Part shown: positions 1 to 9,721 of the stretch, in pieces
Numbering within the stretch: the first letter of the stretch is position 1
How the letters are laid out: each line of letters opens with the position of its first letter
IMG/VR virus record: IMGVR_UViG_3300031963_000004
Location: 62,001-126,000 of that record
Direction: 5' to 3' (one strand)
Length of the DNA stretch: 64,000 bases
The notes under the pieces: generated by a model
The model's database searches: none
Seen by the model: only the letters and a program-made list of their open reading frames with translations
What the model was told of the DNA's origin: nothing
Made by a program: the position numbers and the translations under genes

Positions 1-1595
1 TTATCAAAAATAATTGCGCTTGAACCACCTAAATCGCCATTGTCGTTAAATTGTATACTATTAACTGGTCCGCTTGGTAACGTTTTAACAATTTGAGTTG
101 GTTCCCATGCAACTGTACCATTGCCTCTTGTTGTTAAAACAAAGTTAGGGCTACCGCCTGTTAATGTTAAATTAGCTGCACTACCTAAATTAACTGGACC
201 TTCAACTGTTAAACTACTTAGATTACCTAAATTAGTAATGTTGGGCTGATTACTATCAGTTAATGATCCTGATAAACTAGCTGCATTAACAGAGGTAACA
301 CTTAAATTATTTGCATTGAAGCTACTACCACTAAATGACAAACCTGTTGGTGTAGCAGAAATTGTTTGCTCACCTAAATATATTGTATTACCTGATAGGT
401 ATATATCTTTCCAACGTTGTGTAGGTGATCCTAAATCATAGGCTATATCTACATTAGGTACAAGCGGTGATCTTACATTGCCTGTTAATGTTAAATCTCT
501 AGCAGTAACTCTACCATCCGCAGAAATATTATTAATAGATAAATTGTTTGCATCAATATTACCATTAGTATCAATACTTCCGCCTATATTTAAATTACCT
601 GCAATATTAGCTGAAGTTGTTGCAGTAATACTTGTAAATGCACCTGAGTTAGGGCTAATAGCACCAATACGACCAATGAAGGTATTGCTTGCTTGTACTG
701 TATTACCTATTACTCTTTGTGTTGATGTAATATTGCCACCAACTTGAAGTTGGTTAGTAATTCTATTGAATGTTAAGTTCGCAGATGATACGAATATACC
801 AGCACCATCTGTAATTTGAATTTGATTGTTTGCACCTGCTGATGTACCTGCACCTGCTGTAAAGAATGAAACTGTTGCAGTACCAGTATAAGGTGTTATA
901 TTACCTAAACTAGGAGAGCTAAAATCTACTTGATCGGCAACGACATCAAACTTGTCTGTTCTAAATAGTTCAAATGTTGTTTCATCAATAACTTTAGCGT
1001 AATACTTGCTGGTTCCTCTTTCACCTGACGTAGCGATTGCATTTAGAATATTAGCATCACCCTCTACACCAACAATAGTTAGTGGTACACCAGTTACAAT
1101 AGAACTAGCCTTAGTTAATGTTACAACAGCAGGGTTAGTTTTACTAATTCCTGCAATTTCATAAGATAAAACACCACTGTTTACAAACTGAAGGTTACCT
1201 TGTCCATCTGTCTGTAGTGCATATCCATTAACACCACCATAAATTTTAACATTTTCTATCTTACCCAAATCAACTACAGTATTTGAAGTAGGACCACCCG
1301 CATTTACCCAAGCTCCGTCCTGTACAGCCAATACCTGACCTTCTTGGACATTATCAATATTGAGCGTTGTGTTGGCAGAACCATCAACTTTAGCAAAGTT
1401 GAGTGTACTAACCTCTGTTAAAATTTCGGTTTGTGTTGTTGTATTACCGTCAGCAGGAGGGTGTAATAAAGGATCGTTCCCTATATACAGTTTTCGTTCG
1501 TCAGTTGCGAACCCTACTTCGCCTTCGGCTAATTGGGGCAGGTCTACGTTAGCCCCTGTACGGTGTTGAATCTTAGATACTTGTATGATTGCCAT
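1..1595 (-). CDS. Virion structural / tail-fibre-like protein, partial (runs off the left edge; absent from the ORF track)
   Basis: Translated by hand from ATG at 1595: MAIIQVSKIQHRTGANVDLPQLAEGEVGFATDERKLYIG (Mtd-N/fibre-type N-terminus). Open to position 1. Contains YDLGSPTQRWKDIYLSG and QPNIT motifs shared with the 40024..46524 fibre. Late promoter TAAATA at 1626-1631. Confidence 0.8.
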   Translation of the reverse strand, partial: MAIIQVSKIQHRTGANVDLPQLAEGEVGFATDERKLYIGNDPLLHPPADGNTTTQTEILTEVSTLNFAKVDGSANTTLNIDNVQEGQVLAVQDGAWVNAGGPTSNTVVDLGKIENVKIYGGVNGYALQTDGQGNLQFVNSGVLSYEIAGISKTNPAVVTLTKASSIVTGVPLTIVGVEGDANILNAIATSGERGTSKYYAKVIDETTFELFRTDKFDVVADQVDFSSPSLGNITPYTGTATVSFFTAGAGTSAGANNQIQITDGAGIFVSSANLTFNRITNQLQVGGNITSTQRVIGNTVQASNTFIGRIGAISPNSGAFTSITATTSANIAGNLNIGGSIDTNGNIDANNLSINNISADGRVTARDLTLTGNVRSPLVPNVDIAYDLGSPTQRWKDIYLSGNTIYLGEQTISATPTGLSFSGSSFNANNLSVTSVNAASLSGSLTDSNQPNITNLGNLSSLTVEGPVNLGSAANLTLTGGSPNFVLTTRGNGTVAWEPTQIVKTLPSGPVNSIQFNDNGDLGGSSAIIFD

Positions 1596-1653
1596 AGTAT
1601 AATTCTTATGAAAAGATGATTATACTATTTATCAATCAAATTTTAATTGGAAA

Positions 1654-2340
1654 CTATAGAAATTTTGAATAATATTCGTCTAATTTGCGAAACCAGATAT
1701 CCACATACCCATCAAATTCAGCTCCCTCAACTATAAATTCTAGGTACTGATTGTCTGCTGTACACATAAAAATCACACCCTTACGGATATTAGTCCCGTG
1801 TAACTCATTATGTGCTGTGGCATACGCTGCGGATTGTACAAAGTAATCTTCAATCCACTCACGCTTCTTGACTTTGTTGCTTTGTTTATGATCCATAATA
1901 GCTTCTTGTCCATCATGTATCCCACAAAGATCCGTAGTCCCTGCATAGACCTTAGGGAAATATAATGGTACTTCTACTCCCCAGGCTTCGTTTACCTTAC
2001 AAAGACCTTTCTCAATGATTGACTTAGCCATATTATGACTTTGTATACTGTATGGATTACTACCCGGCTCTTTTAACACACCCTCTTTGATATAGTCCTC
2101 AATGAACTTGTGCATTCTTGTACCACGCCCTGCTGCCTCAGTAGTAATCTCTTGCGCTCGTTTATGGCCAACACGGTTACGCCACTCCATTAATGCTTTT
2201 TTAGATTCTTCTGATTTAGTTGCGTCTAAGATAGTTGTTACACTGGGAAGTTTTTCTCCGTCTGGAGTAGCGTACTTTCTTGAGCCGTCAATTGTCTCTT
2301 TGCCGATTTTAACGTAGTTGAATTTGTTTGGATTGTACAT
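1654..2340 (-). CDS. PD-(D/E)XK family exonuclease
   Basis: LPSVTTIL, GRGTRMH, YAGTTDL and IMDHKQS motifs. ATG at 2340 preferred over TTG at 2343. Confidence 0.8.
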   Translation of the reverse strand: MYNPNKFNYVKIGKETIDGSRKYATPDGEKLPSVTTILDATKSEESKKALMEWRNRVGHKRAQEITTEAAGRGTRMHKFIEDYIKEGVLKEPGSNPYSIQSHNMAKSIIEKGLCKVNEAWGVEVPLYFPKVYAGTTDLCGIHDGQEAIMDHKQSNKVKKREWIEDYFVQSAAYATAHNELHGTNIRKGVIFMCTADNQYLEFIVEGAEFDGYVDIWFRKLDEYYSKFL

Positions 2341-2376
2341 CAAGATATTGTATTACGTTTTTACTAATAATACAAC

Positions 2377-2697
2377 TTAAACGGTGAAGCTTTCCCCGCA
2401 ACCACAACGTGCTTTTTCGTTTGGATTTATAAACTCAAAGCCCTCGTTGAGTCCTTTACGAACATAATCAACTGTAAGGCCTTTAACATATACTAGACTT
2501 TTTTGGTCAACTATAATGTTGACACCATGTGTTTCTATTACATTGTCTCCGTCATTTGTATTGTCAACGTATTCAAGTATATACGCAAGACCACTACAAC
2601 CAGTAGTCTTAACACCAACACGAATTCCCATACCTTTACCACGGTGTAGTAAATGTTTAGATATTTTTTTAGCTGCTCGTTCGGTTACTTCAATCAT
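2377..2697 (-). CDS. iscA: A-type Fe-S cluster carrier IscA/HesB
   Basis: [16 protein letters not shown] and C-terminal RCGCGESF with the three conserved Cys. Confidence 0.92.
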   Translation of the reverse strand: MIEVTERAAKKISKHLLHRGKGMGIRVGVKTTGCSGLAYILEYVDNTNDGDNVIETHGVNIIVDQKSLVYVKGLTVDYVRKGLNEGFEFINPNEKARCGCGESFTV

Positions 2698-3029
2698 TTT
2701 GTAGCTGCGCGGTCAGCCATCTTTTGAACAATCTTTGATGCATCGTCAGGAGTCATTGCTCCCATTTGTGCGTTTGGATGCTGACCTTTGAAAATAACGT
2801 TGTCCCCTTTAATATCATCAATCAGATTACTTAAAGGTTCTTTTTTAACCATATCATAGATGTCAGACTTGTCTATGATAATGTCATTACTTTTTAGAAT
2901 TTCTAATAACGCACTTGTGCTTAAAGGTTCAGTACTACCAACGTCAAGGTAACGTGATTTAAGTTGACTGGTTACCGCAGTCAACTTAACACGCAATGGA
3001 TCTTTATCTTCGAACTCAAATAAACGCAT
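2694..3029 (-). CDS. Hypothetical protein (probable late/virion)
   Basis: 111-aa ORF with a 4-bp overlap into iscA; N-terminus MRLFEFE. Confidence 0.6.
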   Translation of the reverse strand: MRLFEFEDKDPLRVKLTAVTSQLKSRYLDVGSTEPLSTSALLEILKSNDIIIDKSDIYDMVKKEPLSNLIDDIKGDNVIFKGQHPNAQMGAMTPDDASKIVQKMADRAATK

Positions 3030-3031
3030 TA

Positions 3032-3727
3032 TTAGCGTTTCCCGCGTCCTACTGTAGGCTCTGGAACTTCAGGCTCTTCTTCAGGAACTTCAGGCATTTC
3101 TGCATCCATCGATGGCATCTCTTCACCAGGAACTTCACCCATGCCGCCTGCTGGAGGTACCTCACCGAATGCTGCAGGAGCACCGCCACCTGTAACAACA
3201 TTCATAGCATTTTGCAAACCAAGCTTAGCTTGCTGCAATGCCGAGCCTAATGCGCTAAGTGCGCCTGTAGCTTCATTGTTAAATTGTTCACCTGCGTCAA
3301 CACCAATTTCACTGTTAACACTATCAACCACTGCAGGTAATTCTTTAACTAACATGTCAGAAATATCTTCAATCATTTTCTGTACACTGTCAATCATGTC
3401 CTTAGCGGCTAGAACAACTTGTGCTTGTTCAACACCTTCGTTCTCTACAACAATACGACTGTTATATGCAGGAAGCGCCTTAAGTTCACCGTAATGGTGT
3501 TTTAACGCTTGCTCCATAAATATCAATTTCAAATACGCTGGATTCTGCTCACTAGAATGTATGTCAGGAGATTGTCTAGTTTCACCTATCAACCCTCTCA
3601 CTTTTAGTAGCATATCTTTTGTTTTAGCTAAATCTAGCTTATCAAAGTTATAGTCTGCGTTAAAATTCTCATTCAACGCTCTTTTAGCGATTAGCTTAGG
3701 TTTAGAATTAAATTCGGTAAGTTTCAT
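3032..3727 (-). CDS. Hypothetical protein with helical core and Pro/Glu-rich tail (probable head-associated)
   Basis: Start placed at MKLTEF (3727), downstream of TAAATA at 3753-3758. Confidence 0.6.
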   Translation of the reverse strand: MKLTEFNSKPKLIAKRALNENFNADYNFDKLDLAKTKDMLLKVRGLIGETRQSPDIHSSEQNPAYLKLIFMEQALKHHYGELKALPAYNSRIVVENEGVEQAQVVLAAKDMIDSVQKMIEDISDMLVKELPAVVDSVNSEIGVDAGEQFNNEATGALSALGSALQQAKLGLQNAMNVVTGGGAPAAFGEVPPAGGMGEVPGEEMPSMDAEMPEVPEEEPEVPEPTVGRGKR

Positions 3728-3770
3728 AGTTTTTCCCAAAATGCTTATATTGTATTTATCAAAAGAGGTA

Positions 3771-4247
3771 TTATTTGTAGGAACTTTTCTCAAACTGTCT
3801 GAGCTGCCATTTTTTGGACTTTTCAGCTAGTACTTCAAGTTCGTTAATAACACGCACTCTTTTGCGTTTTTCTTCCGTCAGTTTTGCTTGAAACAATAGG
3901 TTGTTTCCCGTATCCTTAGTTTTTTTAAGCAATTTCTCGTATATTTTAATATTTATTTCTAAACCTGTCAATCTTTGGTCTAGTTCTACTAATTGCTTGG
4001 TGCCCATAATGTCGTTCATGCGGTCCAAAACCACCCAAGTTACTGAATGCTTGAGGCTAGAAAGCAATAGTTTTCCGTGATAGTTGACCTTCTCTATCGA
4101 AAACTCTATGTCTTGTTTTTTAATTATATAGGATTCAAATAATTTATATGAATTACCCTCTTTGGTAATTACAGAATCCTTTACTTTCTCGTAAACTGTG
4201 GATGTTACCAAACTTTCTAAAGCCTGATATACTTTGAGTTTATTCAT
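3771..4247 (-). CDS. Hypothetical coiled-coil protein
   Basis: ATG at 4247 overlaps the upstream stop. Confidence 0.55.
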   Translation of the reverse strand: MNKLKVYQALESLVTSTVYEKVKDSVITKEGNSYKLFESYIIKKQDIEFSIEKVNYHGKLLLSSLKHSVTWVVLDRMNDIMGTKQLVELDQRLTGLEINIKIYEKLLKKTKDTGNNLLFQAKLTEEKRKRVRVINELEVLAEKSKKWQLRQFEKSSYK

Positions 4248-4689
4248 CTTTAACCACCTCAAAATGTATGTTACGCAACTCAGGGCTGGTATCTAAAAAA
4301 GAAGTAAGATTGGGTATATCGTCTAATTTTATCATTGGAACCTGCTCACAGTCAGTGTACAGTCCACCTAGTTCGTGTTCTGAATTTTCAAACACAGCAC
4401 CATAATTTACGTAAAACTTAAAGGACCACATTTTTACTGGTTCGTCACTATTAAGCAAAAAACCAAATCTCTCTAACTTTTCAAGGTTTACTGTTGTTTC
4501 TACGGGATCTGTTATGTTTTCAGGCTGCGCACGTAATGATATAACCTGTATAATAGTATCTAGGTTAGCTTGCATACTACGTTTTTGATACCACTCTGCT
4601 TCGTTACTTGACCCTAGTGGTGCCCTGCGTTGCGTAATTCCTGTCTTTGTTATATTGAACAAAGTACTACATCTTATACTCATTCCCAT
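4240..4689 (-). CDS. Hypothetical protein
   Basis: ORF track 4240..4707; start at 4689 lies just downstream of TAAATA at 4695-4700. Confidence 0.55.
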   Translation of the reverse strand: MGMSIRCSTLFNITKTGITQRRAPLGSSNEAEWYQKRSMQANLDTIIQVISLRAQPENITDPVETTVNLEKLERFGFLLNSDEPVKMWSFKFYVNYGAVFENSEHELGGLYTDCEQVPMIKLDDIPNLTSFLDTSPELRNIHFEVVKDE

Positions 4690-4708
4690 GACAGTATTTA
4701 ATGACAAT

Positions 4709-4741
4709 AAAAAACCCGAGAATAAATCTCGGGTCCTTTGT
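4709..4741 (-). terminator. Rho-independent terminator after the 4757..5152 gene
   Basis: acccgag-aataaat-ctcgggt hairpin followed by an A-run on + (U-run on -). Confidence 0.7.
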
Positions 4742-4756
4742 GATTACTAGTTTAAA

Positions 4757-5152
4757 TTAAGCTAATTTGAAACCGTTGTTTGTTACAACAGCACCAGTTA
4801 ATGCATAACCGTTAACTGTACCTAAAGCACGAACTGCTGCTTGTAGATCGCTAGCTGTCCACGCTGCTGTTGGGTATACAGCGATACTCATGTTATTAGC
4901 TGTACCACTTGCTTCTACTTGATAGAAGTGAACTGTTGCTAATTGTGTGATGCACTTGATAACTGCTTCTACTGCGCCACCAACATCCATTTGTGCTGAT
5001 GGGTCACCACCTAAGTCCATACCGAAGAAGTCTAACTTAGGACCTGCGATTTGAACTGGAACACCTGTTGAAGCACTACCTGAACCGTTTAATTGGTCGA
5101 TTGCGAATACTGGTTTTACATCACCGTTTACTAATTGATTATTATTTGCCAT
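4757..5152 (-). CDS. Small virion structural protein (head decoration/minor capsid-like, inferred)
   Basis: 131 aa, Ala/Gly/Val-rich; has its own late promoter (5193-5198), a strong SD and its own terminator, typical of an abundant structural gene. Confidence 0.55.
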   Translation of the reverse strand: MANNNQLVNGDVKPVFAIDQLNGSGSASTGVPVQIAGPKLDFFGMDLGGDPSAQMDVGGAVEAVIKCITQLATVHFYQVEASGTANNMSIAVYPTAAWTASDLQAAVRALGTVNGYALTGAVVTNNGFKLA

Positions 5153-5217
5153 TTTCTTATTCCTTTAAAAAGTTGAGCCGAGGCTCTAATTGTATTTATT
5201 CCTTTTGTAAAAAAAGG

Positions 5218-6363
5218 TTACCTACCTGCTAGATTTTGACGGCTAAATCCTAGTCTATCTACAAATTTAAGCCCATTAGCCACAAATCCCTCTTGTGTCT
5301 GAGTGCCGTCTTGTAGATATCCTTGAATTGGGCCGACTTCTGCTTGCTTAGCTAACTGCTGAACAAGCTCCATCTTAAGTTTATATATGCTTACCCATAT
5401 AATAAATGCTGCTTTTACTTCATTCTTTTTAGCTGTAATGTATTCAGTTAATTTTGCTTTCATCTTATCAGACATAGGTCGTGTACCTAAAAAGTCTAAG
5501 AATTCACTACCCATGTCATTAAGATTTCCTGCTACAATTCTCTTATTAATATAAACTGTAAACAATCCAGAAAACCCTGCTCTAGCCTGCGGTGCGTTAT
5601 TTAATAAATCGTCTACCATAGCACCATAAGTTTGTATTGATGTTGATGCAGATTTTACGCTAGATTGTGATAATTTTAATTTAGGTGGATTGGGCATTGC
5701 ACTAGGAACGATTGCAACTTTTGTTCTATTCTGTAGGTTGCCTATATTCCCGTTCAATGTCTTAGCATCATCTGTACTCGTTGCATCAGGTGCTAGATAT
5801 TGATGCACTGCAATACCTGCAATTTTATTATTAAACAGTTTACCTAAATCACTTGATGCGTCCAATGAATATGATATACCGTTTGGGTTCGCTCTAAAAT
5901 TATACTTACCTTGTTGAGGTTGTAGTGGTTGACTGAATAACAAATCACCCCAATAATAACCTGGCTGTGCAGGGGTCGCCCCTTCTAATTCTTGCCAAAT
6001 ATTGCCTACCAGTTGACTAAGTTCACTTCTATCAACACCTCTTGCTGCATCATATTGTACAAAATGTTCTGGGCTATAGATAGCACGACCTGCACCACCT
6101 GCCTTATTAAACATGTGTTTGTCCATAATAGCAAATCTACCATTTGCATCACGACCAAATATTAATGCTGGATATCCATCCCACTTGATTGTTACAGTAT
6201 TAGGATTACTTGCGGTAGCTTGTATTGCCTGCAATGCACGGCTTGCACCTTGTGATCCTTCAATGAAGATTAAATCTTCAGGATGATCTAAATGTCCCTT
6301 AGCTTCTTTAACTATAGCTAAAGATTTTAGTTTTTCTAAGGTTTCTTTTATTTCGTAAATCAT
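5218..6363 (-). CDS. Conserved phage protein with HLDHPED and TIKWDG motifs (ligase/nucleotidyltransferase-like KxDG)
   Basis: 381 aa; motifs read from the translation. Confidence 0.6.
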   Translation of the reverse strand: MIYEIKETLEKLKSLAIVKEAKGHLDHPEDLIFIEGSQGASRALQAIQATASNPNTVTIKWDGYPALIFGRDANGRFAIMDKHMFNKAGGAGRAIYSPEHFVQYDAARGVDRSELSQLVGNIWQELEGATPAQPGYYWGDLLFSQPLQPQQGKYNFRANPNGISYSLDASSDLGKLFNNKIAGIAVHQYLAPDATSTDDAKTLNGNIGNLQNRTKVAIVPSAMPNPPKLKLSQSSVKSASTSIQTYGAMVDDLLNNAPQARAGFSGLFTVYINKRIVAGNLNDMGSEFLDFLGTRPMSDKMKAKLTEYITAKKNEVKAAFIIWVSIYKLKMELVQQLAKQAEVGPIQGYLQDGTQTQEGFVANGLKFVDRLGFSRQNLAGR

Positions 6364-7040
6364 TTCTTTTCCTGAATCTTTTTCTGCACTTCGCCGACTA
6401 ACTTTTCTAAGTCACCGGTAGTCATTCTATCAAGTAAATTTATTACTGTTGCTAATTTAACTCTTGCAGTTTCAGATGGTTCTTCAGGAACGTTAGGTTG
6501 ATTAAGTTTTATAACATCATAAATGACTTTACCTATTTTTCTAATAGTAGGTAGTCCTCTGTTTATTTGATAGGTACTTGCTACCTGTGCAGTCAATGCT
6601 TGTAGTTCTCCTTGTGACTGAGCAAGATTATATCCGCTAGCGTACTGAGTTATTACTTGCATTAGATATTGTGCCAAATCAAAATCTTGGTGGGTAGCCA
6701 ATGTTCTTTCATATTGACCTTTATATGCGGTATATTGAGGGGTGCCTGGATTTACTTGCTGCCTACCTACTACAATAGGTTTACCTTGATTAATTAGATC
6801 CATCATTTGTTTGGCAATAGCTGCTTCTTGTTGACTTTTCTGAACCTTTGGCCAAACAATACTTAGCATTCCATTCATTTTACCAACGAATGTGTCGATA
6901 AAATGTTCTTCTTCAAATCTTGATTTTGCTCGTTTGGCTCCTATGCTGGATCCGGCAGCACCTGCTAAGCCACCTATTCCTAACTGAACCCATTTTGATA
7001 GGCCTTCGTTGACACTCTCATCAACTTCCTGTAGTTTCAT
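6360..7040 (-). CDS. Hypothetical protein (probable internal head protein)
   Basis: 226 aa; N-terminus MKLQEVDESVNEG. Confidence 0.55.
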   Translation of the reverse strand: MKLQEVDESVNEGLSKWVQLGIGGLAGAAGSSIGAKRAKSRFEEEHFIDTFVGKMNGMLSIVWPKVQKSQQEAAIAKQMMDLINQGKPIVVGRQQVNPGTPQYTAYKGQYERTLATHQDFDLAQYLMQVITQYASGYNLAQSQGELQALTAQVASTYQINRGLPTIRKIGKVIYDVIKLNQPNVPEEPSETARVKLATVINLLDRMTTGDLEKLVGEVQKKIQEKK

Positions 7041-7275
7041 CGTTTCTTCTTATGCTTTTAGAGAATTTGTCCTGATCTTTGTTTTTTATAGCACTTAATA
7101 GCTTTCTCTCTAGGATAGCTGCTTTTTCAGGATCATAATGTTTATTGATCATTTCGATGAGGTTTATGGCACTTGTTATTATATTATGGGCGCGGCTTTC
7201 TATCATGTGCTTAGTATCACGCTTGTCACCCAATGCTTGCAGTTCCTCAAGCAAACTCTTTGTTTTGCGTTCCAT
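7021..7275 (-). CDS. Hypothetical protein
   Basis: 84 aa; TAAATA at 7295-7300 and an SD-like sequence upstream. Confidence 0.55.
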   Translation of the reverse strand: MERKTKSLLEELQALGDKRDTKHMIESRAHNIITSAINLIEMINKHYDPEKAAILERKLLSAIKNKDQDKFSKSIRRNDETTGS

Positions 7276-7300
7276 TGTAAAATCCCCGTTTAAATATTTA

Positions 7301-8722
7301 TCACTTCCTCAGACTATTAATCATGCTTTTTAGTCTGACGCTTGGAATGTCTGCTGTCACTTTGGGGAGTTCTATTTTCTCCTCAGGAAGCTCACTGTTA
7401 TGTATAGGGCTCGGGGCTACGGTTACACTAGCACTTCTAAACGTACTAATTATATCTTTTGCGCTAGGTAATGGATTATTAGCTTTGAAATCATCAGTTC
7501 CAGGGTCTGTAATTCTCAATGTTTCTACGTTAAACTCAAGTTCAATCTTTTGCCCTACTCCTGAACTGCTACGTGTTTTCATAAGCTGAATCTGATATTG
7601 ACCACGTTCACGCATACTACGACTTGTAAAAATACCAAACACATTGTCTGCCGTATTAATCTTACTAATACCACCTGAGATATGACTATGATCAAATTCA
7701 ATTTCTTCTACTGCACTACGATTTAACTGACTTGCTGTAACTAGCAGCACGTTCAATTCTTTGGATAGATTACGCAATTCTTCCGACACATATTTGTCTT
7801 TGATAAACAAGTCTGAGGGGCTGACTTTTGCGCTGACGGGCATAAGAAGGTCAAGATAGTCAACACAGAGAAAATCAATCTTTGCCCCTGTCTTAATTTC
7901 ATATTCCTTACAATATGCTCGTAAGTCATTAATTGTGCTTTGAGCAGGTAAATACTTAATCTGTAGTTTACCTGACTTCTTAGCTAACATCTTTACTTTC
8001 ATTTCAACATTCTCAATTTCCTTAAAAATGTCACGGCTGCTAGTTTCTGTCATCATACTATCTATACGCATCGAACAAAGACCTTCTGCTAATTCTAATG
8101 TGACATAGATACCAGTAAGTCCTGCTTTACTCCAGTTAACTGCAAGATTTTGCATGAATAATGATTTACCTGATCCTGAACCACCTGCGAATATTTGTAG
8201 TTCACCTCTATTGAAACCACCATATAGCTTACTATCAACAGTGGGCCATCCTGTACTGATTTGACCATTACTACTCTTAAGTAGCATCAATCTACCACGT
8301 GGGTCAGAGAAATAGTCAGTACCCATATCTTTTGTAATTGATATTTGCACTGCGTCTTTAATTAATTTTTCAACTGGATCAAAATTACCTTTTTCTAACA
8401 AGTCGGCTGATTTTAGAATCGCTCTTTCTAGTTCTTGTCTACGGGTAAAGGCTTCAAACTCGTCAAGAAACCATTCATAGTGTTTATCATCTAGATCAGG
8501 AATGGGTTCTAAAGTTGAATTAGATGCAGCATTTACTTGCTTGATATCTGGAATAACATTATATTCTTCTACATAGGTTTTCAAAAACTTTGCTGCTTCT
8601 CTTAAAGACTTATCAAAGTTTTCATGATTCATAATATTGGATACACGCATATATAGCTCACTGCTAGTGAGCATCATACATAGAAATAAACGCTGTACCT
8701 CTACATTATATTCTTTTAACAA
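7301..8722 (-). CDS. gp41: Replicative DNA helicase, DnaB/T4 gp41-like
   Basis: Walker A GGSGSGKS, VTLELAE, VDYLDLL, TASQLNRSA, KTRSSSG. Confidence 0.92.
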   Translation of the reverse strand: MLKEYNVEVQRLFLCMMLTSSELYMRVSNIMNHENFDKSLREAAKFLKTYVEEYNVIPDIKQVNAASNSTLEPIPDLDDKHYEWFLDEFEAFTRRQELERAILKSADLLEKGNFDPVEKLIKDAVQISITKDMGTDYFSDPRGRLMLLKSSNGQISTGWPTVDSKLYGGFNRGELQIFAGGSGSGKSLFMQNLAVNWSKAGLTGIYVTLELAEGLCSMRIDSMMTETSSRDIFKEIENVEMKVKMLAKKSGKLQIKYLPAQSTINDLRAYCKEYEIKTGAKIDFLCVDYLDLLMPVSAKVSPSDLFIKDKYVSEELRNLSKELNVLLVTASQLNRSAVEEIEFDHSHISGGISKINTADNVFGIFTSRSMRERGQYQIQLMKTRSSSGVGQKIELEFNVETLRITDPGTDDFKANNPLPSAKDIISTFRSASVTVAPSPIHNSELPEEKIELPKVTADIPSVRLKSMINSLRK

Positions 8723-9677
8723 GTTTTTTCCTTTGCATTTCTATTTTTATTTTACTGCTTGTTGCATTTTGTAGTATACTTATAAGTGTTGGTAACTTAC
8801 CATATTTTACTACAGCATCGTTCACATCCTTAACATCATCTGCCCAGTTAGGTAAACTAACGCTGTAACCTACTTCTAATGCTTTGTCTATTGATTCTAA
8901 TCCAGTCTTGTCACGGTCGGGCACAAAGATAACTCTCTTATATAATTGTTTTAATAATTTAGCCTGATCATCATTAATTGTGTTGTGTGTCAATGCACAA
9001 CCGTCTATACTAAGAGCATCAAATATACCTTCAACTAGGATACATACCTCGTAATTAGATTTTTGCATATCGTAGTTGAATACATATCCGGGCTGTTGAT
9101 CGTTTATGTATTTTGGTATTCTGTCATCTAAGTACCTGCTAGTATGTCCTACAATTTTATTCTTGTAAAAGTAGGGTATGATAATTCTTTTACTATTGCG
9201 CCCTTCTTCCTTTGGCGTAACATAAAAGGTGTACTTATTAAAATCGATTTTTCTCTTTACAAGATAATCAACAAATATTTTATGATCTGGATTGTGTACA
9301 TCAATGGATTCACATTCAGGTAAGTTCTTTAAAGTAAAATTGAATGTTTTTTCTTTCTCGTATTTTACAGTAAAGTCTAATAAATCTTTGTGCTGTAGGC
9401 TTTCTAAACTCCATCGTTTTATTTCCTGATCGTCGATTCCCGCATACTTCAGTAAATCAGTTGTCTTTTGACCAATGGGTCTGCCCAATTCAAAATTACA
9501 TGTGAAGTTACAATTGAAACAATGATAAGTCCAATTGTTACCATCAAGCTTTATGCCTCCCCTGCCGCGCTTATCTTGTCTATGTCCTAATGAAGTGCAG
9601 CATATGGCATTAAAGCTGTACCAACCGCTAGGAGTTAATCTTTTCTTACCTGGAATAATAGATAGAATATCAAACAT
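8706..9677 (-). CDS. gp61: DNA primase, T4 gp61-like
   Basis: Zn-binding CC...YHCFNC, RIIIPY, TOPRIM VEGIFDA, DRDKTG and KDVND. Start moved to 9677 because the track start (9695) lies inside the promoter. Confidence 0.9.
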   Translation of the reverse strand: MFDILSIIPGKKRLTPSGWYSFNAICCTSLGHRQDKRGRGGIKLDGNNWTYHCFNCNFTCNFELGRPIGQKTTDLLKYAGIDDQEIKRWSLESLQHKDLLDFTVKYEKEKTFNFTLKNLPECESIDVHNPDHKIFVDYLVKRKIDFNKYTFYVTPKEEGRNSKRIIIPYFYKNKIVGHTSRYLDDRIPKYINDQQPGYVFNYDMQKSNYEVCILVEGIFDALSIDGCALTHNTINDDQAKLLKQLYKRVIFVPDRDKTGLESIDKALEVGYSVSLPNWADDVKDVNDAVVKYGKLPTLISILQNATSSKIKIEMQRKKLVKRI

Positions 9678-9683
9678 GCTATT

Positions 9684-9712
9684 ATTATAGCACAAAAATA
9701 CAAGGAATGCAA
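9684..9712 (-). promoter_or_regulatory. Sigma70 promoter for primase (leaderless)
   Basis: TTGCAT-N17-TATAAT with ATG 6 nt after the -10 element. Confidence 0.7.
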
Positions 9713-9721
9713 TTAATTGGT

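Noticed and set aside
1-1595. Diversity-generating retroelement target because of the Mtd-like N-terminus
   Set aside because: No reverse transcriptase and no template/variable repeat pair seen in the window; the N-terminal motif is a generic fibre anchor.
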